From contig CM052843.1 in assembly GCA_028534125.1 (NCBI GenBank), positions 1,612,001 to 1,676,000 on the forward strand: a DNA stretch of 64,000 bases. The letters run 5' to 3'. Numbering within the stretch: the first letter of the stretch is position 1; every line of letters begins with the position of its first letter. The position numbers were made by a program, and so were the translations under genes. Of the stretch, positions 27,353 through 39,251 are shown piece by piece. The notes beneath the pieces were generated by a model that was not told the origin of the DNA, did no database searches, and worked only from the letters and a program-made list of their open reading frames with translations. The stretch comes from Lama glama. Lineage: Eukaryota.

Positions 27353-29129
27353 TAAGAGAACAGAGAAATGGTTCATAGACATTGTGCTTTTCCTCGATGA
27401 ATGATATACATACATATATGATGGATAGTTGGCTGTGATCTACAGGAGCAGATAGCTTTTACTGTCTCTGTCTTCCTAATTGATATGAAACAGAAAGTGA
27501 AAACTCTAAAGGAATCTAGGCCAAATCTCCTGTCTATTTGCCTGAAATAGCAAATATATTTAACTGGCCATGTCAACCGGAGAATTGATTAACTAAGGAC
27601 TAGATGCATATGGCTGTGACCAAGGACAGAAACAGAAGTGTTACCACCTCAAATGGGTTTCAGGCAAGTAATGAACATAAGATACGTTACCACTTGATTT
27701 CATCACCACTTGACAAAAACCAAAATTACTTTTTGGAAAATTTTTTGGAAATTAATTTTATTGATTAAAAGTCATTTATCATGACTATCTAGGTAAATGT
27801 AATCAAAGGAGTTAATTTTGATATCAATAGTTTTTTGGCAGAACCCCATTGAAGGATTTTTTCCTCCTTCTTTTTCTTTTAATGATTGGACTATAGTAAA
27901 GTGTGGCCACGAATAGAGAACTGACTCACAGAGTGAAAACAAGAGTAAAGATAAGCATTTTCATATTTAATATTTTAATAAATTATTTTTTCTTAGAATA
28001 TCAAGTAGCTGCATGTAATCAAGTTCTGAACAAGTATTTCCTGAAAAAGCACATCTAATATGTATCAATAGACCCAAAAAGTCATCTGAATTTTCAGGAG
28101 TATTAAGAAGGCACATTGAGAATAAAGTAAAATGTGTTCTCTTATGCAAAAATCAAGATGCATCTGTGCACCAAGAAATTAAAGGTATAAATTTTAATCC
28201 ACAGACAACAGAGGATCTCTGAAACAGAGTAACAGACAATTACAGGGCTTTAATTGTCTGAAGTAATAAACAGTAGACTAGAGGGACAGAGAACTGTTTG
28301 TGTTAAGTCTTTGAAATCCCTGGAAATTTGGAGATCTTTCTCAAAAAGTCTAAAGGAATATTCACAGATGAGAGTTTTACTTTTGGAACATGTCAGCATA
28401 TAAAAACCTACAAGATTGAGCCAACTAACACTATAGTTTATTTTTACTTGTAGAAGGCTTTTAAGCAAAGGATAACCTTTATTTTTCTAAGGCTGTTATG
28501 GATGTGTAACATAAATATCAGGCTAAATCCAGGAATGAATCTCCCTTGTTTTTATTATCTGAGGAAAAAAAAAAGCTAGAAACATAACCCAGTAGAATTG
28601 TTTTTTAAAATATATGTATGAATTATTTGCTCATTTAACATTAAAATGTACAATTACCTTGATCTTCCAATCAAGGACCAAAATAACACATCGTGGAAAA
28701 AGGAAAATCCAGATGGGGCACTGAGGACCTATTAACACACTTAGCACACTCTAGAAACGTGAATATCATTTACCGAGGTGAGCGATAATGTTTGCATATT
28801 TTAATTCTTTTCTAAAATGTACTGAATGGGCATAACGTCAACCCAGTTTGACACACTGTCACCCTTTGAAGTTAGTTACCCCATGAGTGTGTCACTAGTT
28901 CTCCCTTTCTTCTCCTCCACCTCCTCTCCTCTGCCTTCTCTCTCTCGCTCCCTCTCTCTCCCCCTTAATTGCTCTATTCCTTGAAAGAAAAATTTATAAT
29001 TCACTTTTTTCACATCTTCCTAACTCACAGTTCCTTATTTCTGATACCGTGGTGGCACTGCTCACCACGCCACTTGACTTATTTCTTCTGTGTAGATGAT
29101 ATATTTAATACTTTATCTGGTCTTTTAAA

Positions 29130-30490
29130 TTTTCTATCTTACTTGGCTTCTTAACGGTGTTTAATACCAGTACTTCCTCTGCCATTAATTCCTTTGCTAG
29201 ACAGCTCCTTGAGGGGAGGACCTATTTATTTCTCATTCGTCTTCCATACCCAGAGCCTGACGCGGTACCCAGGTCACAGCCCTCAGTAAAATGTTGGCTT
29301 CCAGACATTAGAGTTTAGAGGGTTTCTTCCCTGACCATATCTAATTTTTTAAACTAATTCTTGTGAGTTTACATAAGTTCTCCTATATATTCTTAATCTC
29401 CTTTATTCTACATTCTATCCTGGTCCCTTATTCACAAGCATGGCTTTAGCTTTCTAAGTGTGATATCTCATGAAATCCAGATTCATAATTTCCACTCACT
29501 TGCTGGACAAATTAATCTGGCTTTTTCTTTAGTTTCCCAGTCACACTACTAACTTGCAAAACTCATCACCATTCTTTTTCTCCCATCAAAATACACCTGC
29601 TTCATCCTGAATTATCTAATTTCTCAGTGGTACTAAACTTTCTTGGTTACCTGTCCCTGAACTCATCAGGTACTCTGGCCTTCTCCTTATCCCCTTGCTT
29701 CCCAAGCCCCACCCCAACCTTAGACACTGGTCGCATCTATCACACCGACTTCTGCAGTATTATTTGGCATCTGATTTCTCCTTGACATTCTCGTCCTATT
29801 CGGGATCCATTAGTTCTTCCCTTCTCAAACGCCTGGCCTAATTCATTTTCTCTTTTCCAGCTTATCTACATATTCTCGGCAGAACCATCTTCTCAAATTA
29901 GAGGTTGTATCTTATCAAACAAAACACAAAAACAAAAATAAAATTGTGTCATTCCTCTATTAGAAACAAAGATTTTAGATGCAGACCCTGTAACATCTAT
30001 ATTTAACTTGACTTTCAAGTTGTTTCACCAGTGTGTATTTTTAGACCTGAAACCACCCAAAGACTTGCCATCCCTCAGCCATCGTTTGGCTCATGCCATT
30101 CTCTCCACTTCGAATTCCACCTTTCCCTGCTTTACTTTCCTGACCTCACCAAAGACATAACACACCCCAGCCCTAAAACCTCGTATTATCTTTTTGCATC
30201 TGGTTTGGTTCAGGATGATCCCGTTGAGATAGTGACTGTCCCTTCCCCACCCCCTTTCTTTTCAAAGGTCTCCCAGTTTTAATAATGTTATAAGGTCCTA
30301 CTCCTGTAAAAACTTTCTAGACATACCTATAATTTTTTGTGAACTTGTTTTTATTATTTCTTGTCATTGTCTAAGCTCCTGAAGACTGTTTTCTTGGTGG
30401 TGGTGGTGTGTTTTTTTTCCCCTCCTGCAGCATTAGATGCAGCGCTTTGAGTTAAGGAGCTCCAGAAATAGTTGTTGCACTAAATCAAAT
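29130..30490 (+). mobile_element. L2 fragments (two 3' ends, near 29300 and 30485)
   Basis: gctagacagctccttgaggggaggacc...cagagcctgacgcggtacc...ctcagtaaaatgttgg; pyrimidine-rich L2 body 29400-30300; taagctcctgaag...aaatagttgttg. Confidence 0.65.
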
Positions 30491-31259
30491 TGTATTTTTT
30501 CACTGTAATTGACATTCCAGAAGTTTTACTTCACTTTGTTATGCATTCTCAAACCCATATTCTAGGAGTCTTATGAATAAAGATATTTAAAAGCCTTTGT
30601 TTCTAAGATACAATAATTTTAGCAGTAAACCCTGATGCTCTCCAAGACTTACTTTGTTTCAAAGCTTTTTAAATATTTCTCATTAAATCAACAAATGCCT
30701 CAAGTTTAGGCTCATCTTTTTTTTTCTAACATGTCCATCTTTTACTTTTAATAATCACCTTTTAAGCCAGAAAGAATTCTTCAGCAAAAGTAGCTGAGCT
30801 AAGTCAGAATGCCTGTTTTTCGGAGGCACCAGTGTGCAGCCGTTTCCAGAATTTAAAATATTCAAAAAATCAAATCCTACTTTCTCAAATGTGGGCATAG
30901 ACTTGAAAGATACAATTATTTGCTTTCTTACTGTGAAGTGGTAGGGCACGCTCCCTTCATGATGAGAAATCAGAAAAGGACTTGTAAAGAAGAGCCATCT
31001 TGCCTCTTCAGAGGGAAATGCAGTCCAGATTCTCGCTGGGCTATTGCTGGCTTTGCGGGAAGGATGTCAACAGAGTGTTCAATCTGAGAGGTAAGTAAGA
31101 GATTGGTGACACAGATTCAAAAAGGAAAGAGCTCAGTCAAGGTCAGAAAAGAGGACATACATAAATAGTTCAAAGACAGGGAAAGACACAGTTCTTTTTC
31201 AAATGTATTTGTTGCTTAGAACAGTTACTATCAGGCCTCTACATTTGCAGTAGAACTCT

Positions 31260-33990
31260 TTAACGACTTTACCTGGCGTGTGACGTGTGTCTCAAAGCCA
31301 CCTCTGCACTTTCAGGTCCAGTGACGGCATATAATTTCATTCCCTCCAAAGTCCTACCAAGACTATAGAAAATTGATTTTTTCTTTTAATTTCTTTTCAA
31401 AGATTTAGGAAAAAGGAATACAAAAGAGAAGACATTAGCAGCATTTGGGAAGCTGGAAGCAAGGGGACATCTGGTCACTGGCCTAGCAGACCCAAGGAAA
31501 CCAAATTATAAACTGGCAGGGGCAATCAGAGAACAAGCCCAAATACATCACATAGTGGGCTGAAGTCTCGGGGAGTGAAAGCAACAAGTGCCTGTGAAAA
31601 CGGGGTGCATGGAGTTGACAAAATTAAGAAGGATTAAACATCGTTCACAGGAATCAGATACATACTTTAAGTGCTGTCCATGCCCCCCCAGCTTTGGACA
31701 ACTGCTCTTTCTTTCTCTAGCCCAAAACTCAAGGTTTATTCTGCAGAGAGGGTAATGGAAGACAGTGTTTGAACTGGGGAATGGCATTTTTTGGTATCAA
31801 AATCAGGGGGTTGATTGAGTGTCTCCATTTTGAATATTAACGTGGAGACCTCCCAGGCTTGATCGGTTTCACCACCGGAATGTCAGCAGCTGGTTTAGGG
31901 GGAAGATACTGTTCTTGTTTTCTTTAGGTAAGAACATGGAACACTCTTCTCTGGTGAATCTGACCAACCCAAGAGGAAAGCCAATAAAATCTGTAATCAA
32001 GGTTTCGTCTAATAAATCTCATACTGACAGGTCCCACTGGTGCAGTCAGTGTTTCCTATCAGCTTTTGTTTTCCCCTGTTAAACAGGATCAGAAAACCAA
32101 AGATGTCTAGGCATCGAACAAAAAGTTGAAACAGAAAGCTAGTGACCAAAATAAACAAACAAACAAACAAAATTAATAATCAGGAAGGAAACAGATTATG
32201 TAGGGAGGAAAATAAAACCTTTAAAAATGATCTTTTCTAGCCCTCAAAAGAAAACAAAAAGTTTTAATCTTTCACTGGGGAATTAAAAATGTGACAGGAA
32301 TCAAAAACTCAATAGGCTAGAAAACAAAGTTAAATCTCTTAGAGAATAAAACAATATGAAAAAGATACGAAAAAAATCACTGACACAAAAGATCACAAAA
32401 TTAAAGAACAGAACCCCAAGTCCAGAAACTCCAATATTCATAAAACTGGAGTTCCAGGGGAAAAAAACAGAGAAACAGGAGAGAAATGGTCATCATAAAA
32501 TTCAGTAAATTACGAATTTAAAACACAAGAGTTTCCAGACTTAAAGAGCCTAAAGATGCCCAGTGTCATGGATGAAAACAGACATAGAAAAAGGTGAATC
32601 ACTGCGAAAATTCAAAGCCTGAGGCACAAAGAAGACTCTACAAGCTTTCAGAGACTGAGTGGGAAATTCACCTACAAAGCGCAAAGAATTAGGATGGCCT
32701 CAGATTTTTCTCAAGGAACACAGAAAACTTGAAGATCATAGAGTAATGTCTTCAAAACTCTGAATAAAATTTTTCAATATAGCATTTTATATACAAACAG
32801 ATAGTCGTTAAATGCTGGATAGACTAAAGTTAGGAAATGTCTCAAAAAAAAGTCTTTGCATGTTCCACTTCTCAGCTGGAGGATATGCTTCACTACACGG
32901 TGAGAAATCCAAGAAAGAGACGCTGAATTCAGAAAAGACAGGAGTTCTAACTAGAGGAAGAAAGAAGTGAAGAGTTTATCCACTTTCAATATTACAAAGG
33001 TGCACCGGGAGTAAAAGATGAGCAGTTCAGACTGGAGCAGCGAGACCAGGAGACCAACACGTTGAAGACTTTCATGCTCATGATTTTTGTTGTTGTGCCA
33101 ACTTTTTAAACCTATGATGCTGCTGCAGGATGTGCTCCATCAAAACAAGAACGTAAGTGAAGAAAATACGAAGACATAGGATCTGAGGAACAGAATTTGG
33201 ATTTCTCTAACTGTTGAGAAATTCAAAGAAATTTCCTACAATAACAGCAACGATAAATCCTAATATAATGGGCCTAGAAAGCAGATGATCCAAATTGAAA
33301 GGGAATGGATGACTCTCCTAGGTATATGTATTTGGCAGGGGTAGAACTATACGTATACACGAAACACACACATGTATATATGTATATGTAGTTAAATTCA
33401 CACATAAACACAAAGTGAAACCAATAGATTACATGATGGGATTGATCTTGCAGATAATTGTAGCTAAAGGTTTTTGGAAGTTGTAGAGAGAATTAGCAAT
33501 AGAGCGAATAAACATGGAGCAAGTGTAAAACAAGGCAATTAATTTAAGAAAAAACTTTTTTTAATAATTAAAAATGTCCAATTCAGTGCTCAGTTCTGAA
33601 GAGCTCTAAGCCTAATAATGTAAAAATTGATTTTTTTCTTTAACCAAAAATTGTAATAAAATATATTTAGAGGGTGGGGGATGGGCAGCAGAGGAAATGA
33701 CACAGGAATACAGCTTAATCTTTATCTAACATTGCAGGAACTCAAAAGATGATGTATAAAATGGATTGATTTGAAGATAAAGGTGCACTTACATTACTGA
33801 GGACCACTGAGGTATTCAATTCCAGGAATAAAAAGCAGCAGCCCCAAATACCAAGACATTTCGGGGAGGAGGACTATGGGAATGGGGGGCACGGCTTGGG
33901 ATAGTTACTTTGTGTTATAGTGTCATTCTAGCATCTTCTGTTTTACATGATGTAACTGTATTAATTCAATAATAGAAAGTTGAAATTGAA
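31260..33990 (+). mobile_element. HAL1 (half-L1, ORF1-only LINE), near full length, decayed
   Basis: ORF1-like block 32420-32800 (ctggagttccagggg; gagtttccagacttaaagagcc; cacctacaaagcgcaaagaattaggatggcctcagattt; gagtaatgtcttcaaaactctga), followed directly by a HAL1-type 3' region with no ORF2 similarity. Confidence 0.75.
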
Positions 33991-34184
33991 GCACAAAAAT
34001 CAATCTATGGTCAACATGTCCACAATTTTCCTGGACATAAGGATGCTCTGACCGTAACTCCAGGTGCTTTGCCTCTGCCACTGGGCAGTAATCATGTTCC
34101 TTTGGTCAGGGATTTTCTTTTCACCCAGTTCCCAGCATATCCCTCCTTTATCTTTGATCCTCCTTACACTCTCCACCCTTATTT

Positions 34185-34450
34185 ACAGCATCTGTGATCC
34201 CTCACTGGGCAGAGAGAAAGGGGAGTCATGTAAAGCTTGAAAACTTGCTTTTCAAAGGCATTTGACATGTCCCTTAGAGAGACACTTGGTCAAATGTTTT
34301 TGGATGATGACAGCCTAGGAAAGATAGGTCTCTCAGTTTTATTTAGTGTGAAAAATATTCTTCAGAGGAAGGGTCACTGCGGTCAGCAACAGACAGTAAA
34401 ATTAAATTGGAACAGGAAGTTAACCAGCTCTAGGGCATCTGCCCTACGAG
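34185..34450 (+). mobile_element. CR1/L3-type LINE reverse transcriptase remnant
   Basis: ORF 34237-34467 contains FSKAFD (LINE RT motif DFSKAFD). Flanks resemble L3 (aggggag..gtag upstream; tggatgatgacagcctagg downstream). Confidence 0.5.
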
Positions 34451-35159
34451 AAAGTGAGAATCCTTAAGAAACGGCTTAGATTTAAGAACTGATAGAGAAC
34501 TTTTTATACAATTTAAAGAAATACTTGTAACATTAACTTGTTATATGGCAATTTAATGGCGTTACAGTGAAATTACAAATTACTCTTTTCAGAAATATAT
34601 TATTAGTTTATTGGTTCATTTGATATTAATTGAATCTTTGCTACATTATAATATTTAAAATTTTAATATTTCAACATTAAATTTAATAATACTTAATATT
34701 AATATTAATGGGGGATAGGATATGTGCACTAAAGTAGGGGAGTCAAATTTGTTTACATTTTTATATTTTATTGTAATTAGTAAATTACATTATATAACAT
34801 AAGATGGATAGCACAGTGCAACATACCATGAAGTAAAGATATAAATATGAGAAATAGTATATTGTAATATTATAGGTGCAACCAGACCTTGAGAGAATCC
34901 AGATGCTAACCCTACTTGGGATTTTCAAGGAAAACTTTATAAAGAAGGTAATGCATTAAAAAAAGAAAGTGGAAGGTTAGCTGGTAAACAGAAGGAAAGT
35001 CACATTTGAGGCAAAGGTACATACAGCTTATAGAAAAATATGTAAGTGTGAGAAAGGATATGGAGATGAGGTTTTCTAGAACCAGAGCCCAATGTGCAGG
35101 AAGAAGAGCTATTTGAGATCAGTTCAAAGATATAGACAAGGGCTAGAATCACGAAGGGA

Positions 35160-35258
35160 TTTGATGCCTCTAAATCTGTTTTGCCCACCTACCTGGTCAT
35201 TCCGTAAACTACTTTCCACCACTTTCAGGCATTTGTTTTTGGCTAAAGTCAATTGGAG
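35160..35258 (+). mobile_element. ERVL-type LTR 3' portion (LTR33/MLT1-like), left piece, split by the L1
   Basis: ttgtttttggctaaagtcaattggag here and aattgtttccttggacgtgcaattaagaatacagactga at 40561-40600 join into a recalled LTR33-like end (..tgcttaa..ccagagttggtttctgttgcttgcaactaagaaccctgactga). Confidence 0.4.
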
Positions 35259-36012
35259 TTTTTTTTGGTTTTTTTATTTCATTTATTTAAACTAGAACAA
35301 AACAAAAAAGTTCACCCATTTCTTCCACACCCTGACTCCCAGTCTCTTGCAACCATCAGTCTTTTCTCTATTATATCTATGAATTTGTTTTCTGTGTTTA
35401 GTTTTTTGTTTTCATTTGTTTTTTTATAGGTTCCACATAATATAAGAAAGATCACACAATACTAATCTTTCTCTGTTTGACTAATTTCCTTTAGCATAAA
35501 GCCCTCAAGATCTGTCCATGTTGTTGCAAATGGCAAGATTTCTTTCTTGTTTTACAGTCAAATAATATTTCTTCATCCATTTTCCCATCGATCGACACTT
35601 AGGTTGTATCCATATCTTGTAAATACCGCTGCAATGAACATGAAAATGCATATGTCGTGTAGAATTAGTCTTTTCATTTTCTTCAAATAAATGCCCAGAA
35701 GTGGAATTCCTGGGTCTTACAGTTGTTCTATTTTTAATTCGTTGAGGAACTTTCATCCTGCCTTCCATAGCGGCTGTACCGACTTGCATTGCAACCAACA
35801 GTGCGNNNNNNNNNNNNNNNNNNNNNNNNNNNNNNNNNNNNNNNNNNNNNNNNNNNNNNNNNNNNNNNNNNNNNNNNNNNNNNNNNNNNNNNNNNNNNNN
35901 NNNNNNNNNNNNNNNNNNNNNNNNNNNNNNNNNNNNNNNNNNNCATGTGTCTGTTGGCCATCTTTTATGTCTTCTTTAGAAAAATGTCTATTCAGATCTT
36001 TTGCCCATTTTT

Positions 36013-37360
36013 TTCTTAATTGAAGTATAGTCAGTTTACAATGTGTTCATTTCTGGTGTGCAGCATAGTGATTCATATATTTTATATATAAAAATATATA
36101 TATATATATGCACATATATTCCTTTTCATATTCTTTTTCTTTATAGGCCATTACAAGATATTGAATATAGTTCCCTGTGCTGTACAGTAAGACCTTGTTG
36201 TTTACCTATTTTATATATAATAGTTAGTATCTACGAGTCTCAAGCTTTCAATCTAATCCTCCCCACCCCCTTTTCCCTCTGGTAACGATAAGTTTGTTTT
36301 CTATGTCTTTGAGTCTGTCTTTGTTTTGTAAATAAGTTCATTGGTGTCCTTTTTTTCCTCCTTCTTTTTAGATTCCACATATGAGTGATATCATATGGTA
36401 TTGTTCTTTCTCTTTTCAGCTTATTTCNNNNNNNNNNNNNNNNNNNNNNNNNNNNNNNNNNNNNNNNNNNNNNNNNNNNNNNNNNNNNNNNNNNNNNNNN
36501 NNNNNNNNNNNNNNNNNNNNNNNNNNNNNNNNNNNNNNNNNNNNNNNNNNNNNNNNNNNNNNNNNNNNNNNNNNNNNNNNNNNNNNNNNNNNNNNNNNNN
36601 NNNNNNNNNNNNNNNNNNNNNNNNNNTTTCAAATTAGAGTTTCCTCCAGATTTATGCCCAGGAGTGAGATTGCACGATCACAGGATAAGTCTATTTTCAG
36701 TTTTTTAAGGAATCTCCATACTGTTTTCCAAAATAGCTGCACCAAACTGCATTCCCACCAGCANNNNNNNNNNNNNNNNNNNNNNNNNNNNNNNNNNNNN
36801 NNNNNNNNNNNNNNNNNNNNNNNNNNNNNNNNNNNNNNNNNNNNNNNNNNNNNNNNNNNNNNNNNNNNNNNNNNNNNNNNNNNNNNNNNNNNNNNNNNNN
36901 NNNNNNNNNNNNNNNNNNNNNNNNNNNNNNNNNNNNNNNNNNNNNNNNNNNNNNNNNNNNNNNNNNNNTTCCCATTTTTGGATTGGTTGGTTTGGTTTTA
37001 GTTATTGAGTTGTAGGAGCAGTTTATATATTCTGGAGATTAAGCCTTTGTCAGTCACATAGGTTGCAAATATTTTCTTCCTTTCCACAGGTTGTCTCTAT
37101 TTTATTTACGGTTTCCTTTGTTGCAAAAGTCTGTAAGTTTAATTAGGTCCTATTTGTTTATTTTTGCTCTTATACCCATCGCCGGGGTAGACTGCCCTAG
37201 GAGGACATTGCTATATCAGAGAATGCTTTGCCTATGTTCTCTTCTATGGTGTTACGGTGTCTTGTCTTAACTCTAAGCCGTTTTGTTTAACTCTAAGCCA
37301 TTTCAAGTTTATTTTTATGTAGGGTGTGAGAGAGGGTTCTAGTTTCATCGATTTACATGC
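36013..37360 (-). mobile_element. Younger cetartiodactyl-type L1, 5'-truncated (~1.35 kb), nested in the older L1
   Basis: 3' end ttaattgaagtatagtcagtttacaatg...cagcatagtgattca. It repeats ORF2 C-terminal sequence also present in the host L1. Flanked by a 17 bp TSD (35996-36012, 37361-37377). Confidence 0.88.
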
Positions 37361-38058
37361 ATCTTTCACCCACTTTTAAATTAGATTGTTTTTCTGCTGT
37401 TGAATCATTTGAATTCTTTCTATATTTTGGATATTAGCCTGTTATCAAATATGTGATTTGCAATCATTTTCTCCCATTCAGTAGGTTGTCTTTTCATCTT
37501 TTTGATGGTTTCCTTTTTTGTGCAGAAGCTTTTTAGTTTAATGTAGTCCTACTTGTTTATTTTCGCTTTTGTTTCTTTTCCTTTTGGTGTCAGATTCCAA
37601 AATGTATCACCAAGACCTATGTCAAGAAGTTGACCACTTATGTTTTCTACTAGAAGTTTTATGGTTTCAGATTTTACATTCAAGTCTTTAGCTCATTTTG
37701 TTAATTTTTGTGCACAGTGTAAGATAGTGCTCAAATTTCATTCTTTTGTAGGTAGCTATCTAATTTTCCCAGCACCATTTATTGAAAAAACTGTCTTTTC
37801 CCCATTGTATATTCTTTGTCATTTTAATTCACTATATACCCATGGGCTTATTTCTGGGTTCTCTATTCTGTTCCATTGACTTTTGTGTCTTTTTAAAAAA
37901 GTAATACCATACTGTTTTGATTATTATAGCTTTGAATGTATAGTTTGAAATCAGGAAGCATAATGATGCCAACTTTGTTCTTTTTGCCCAAAATTGCTTT
38001 GGCTATTTAGGTCCTTTGTAGTTTCATACTAATTGTAGGATTGTTCATTCTATTTCTG

Positions 38059-38762
38059 ATGTGGTCCCCAAGCTGTCAGCTGATCCTTCTAGGTTCCCTC
38101 TCAGGATGTCCCAGGACAGACCTTCACTAGAAACAAAACCAGATCATTCACATTCTCCTGAACATGCCCCCACTGTCTTTCCCAGGAAGTGGCTTTAGAA
38201 CTTTCTCTCCCTCTATGTAACATCTCTCTGCAAAGTCTATCAAAATTCCACTTGGTGTGCTCTGTCCATCTCTGAATGTCCCTTTGTGAAGGGAACGCCT
38301 CATACCTTCATTCAGCTAAACTCCCTACTATGAATGTCCCCAGGACTCCCTTCTCTCTCATGGAATTTCCATGTTCTTCCTTGTATTATGATTGTCTCTG
38401 CACCTGTCAATTCATTCACATCTGCATAAATTTGCAAAGGCATGATCAGTGTCTTATTTAACCCTAAGAGTTTAGCATTCATCACATGTGGCAGGTAGCA
38501 GATGCTCGATGGATATCTGACAAATGAATTAAACCAAATACCTCTTGTTTGAAAGAACAGGGAACATGGATTTGGCTTTTCCCTAATGTTCTACCCCCAA
38601 ACTTTAGAATTCCATCTCAGGCACACCACAAAATATACCACATATTTGATCTCACTCATGTCTTTCACTTTCCAACATAAAAATCTCTAAAAACAAACAA
38701 CCTCCCTAAGCTCTGGGAAGTGTCTGTGGTTCTGAGAGTAGCAGATATGAGGATAGAAAAAG
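38059..38762 (+). other. ~700 bp non-L1 insert in L1 ORF2 containing an L2 3' remnant (~38150-38535)
   Basis: L1 breaks after ttctatttctg (38058) and resumes at ttttggtaagattgcattgaa (~38763). The insert contains gggcatgatcagtgtcttattt...tggcaggtagcagatgctcgatggatatctgacaaatgaa. Confidence 0.7.
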
Positions 38763-39186
38763 GTTTTGGTAAGATTGCATTGAATTCATATATTGCTTTA
38801 GGTAGTATAGTCACTTTAACAGTATTACATCTTCTAATCCATGAGCACAGCATATCTATTTATATGTGCCATCTTCAATTTCTTTCAACAATGTCTTATA
38901 GTTTTTAATGCGCAGATTTTTCATCTCCTTGGTTGAATTTATACCAAGGTATTGAATTCTTTTTGATGCATTTATAACTAGGATTGTTTTCTCAAATTCT
39001 TTCTGATAGTTCATTATTAGTGTAAAGAAACACAACATATTTCTACATATTAATTTTGTATCATGCAACTTTACTGAATTTGTTTGTTAGTTCTAAGTTT
39101 TTTGATGGTTTCTCTAGGATTTTCTATACACAGTGTCATGCCATCTGCAAATAGTGACAATTTGCTTCTTTTCTGATTTGGATGTC

Positions 39187-39251
39187 TTTTCTTTTTCTTT
39201 CCTTCCTTTCTTCCCTTTCTTTCTCCCTTCCTTCTGCCCTTCCATCCTTCC
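39187..39251. repeat. (TTCC/TTTC)n low-complexity tract at an internal L1 deletion
   Basis: Read directly. The L1 RT segment expected here (QGCPLSP region) is absent. Confidence 0.7.

Larger units (their letters stand above)
17934..27375 (+). other. MMP16: Long MMP16 3' UTR (~9.4 kb)
   Basis: AU/GU-rich sequence with no recognisable TE, ending at ATTAAA (27331) and AATAAA (27347). The length agrees with the long human MMP16 3' UTR as I recall it. Confidence 0.7.
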
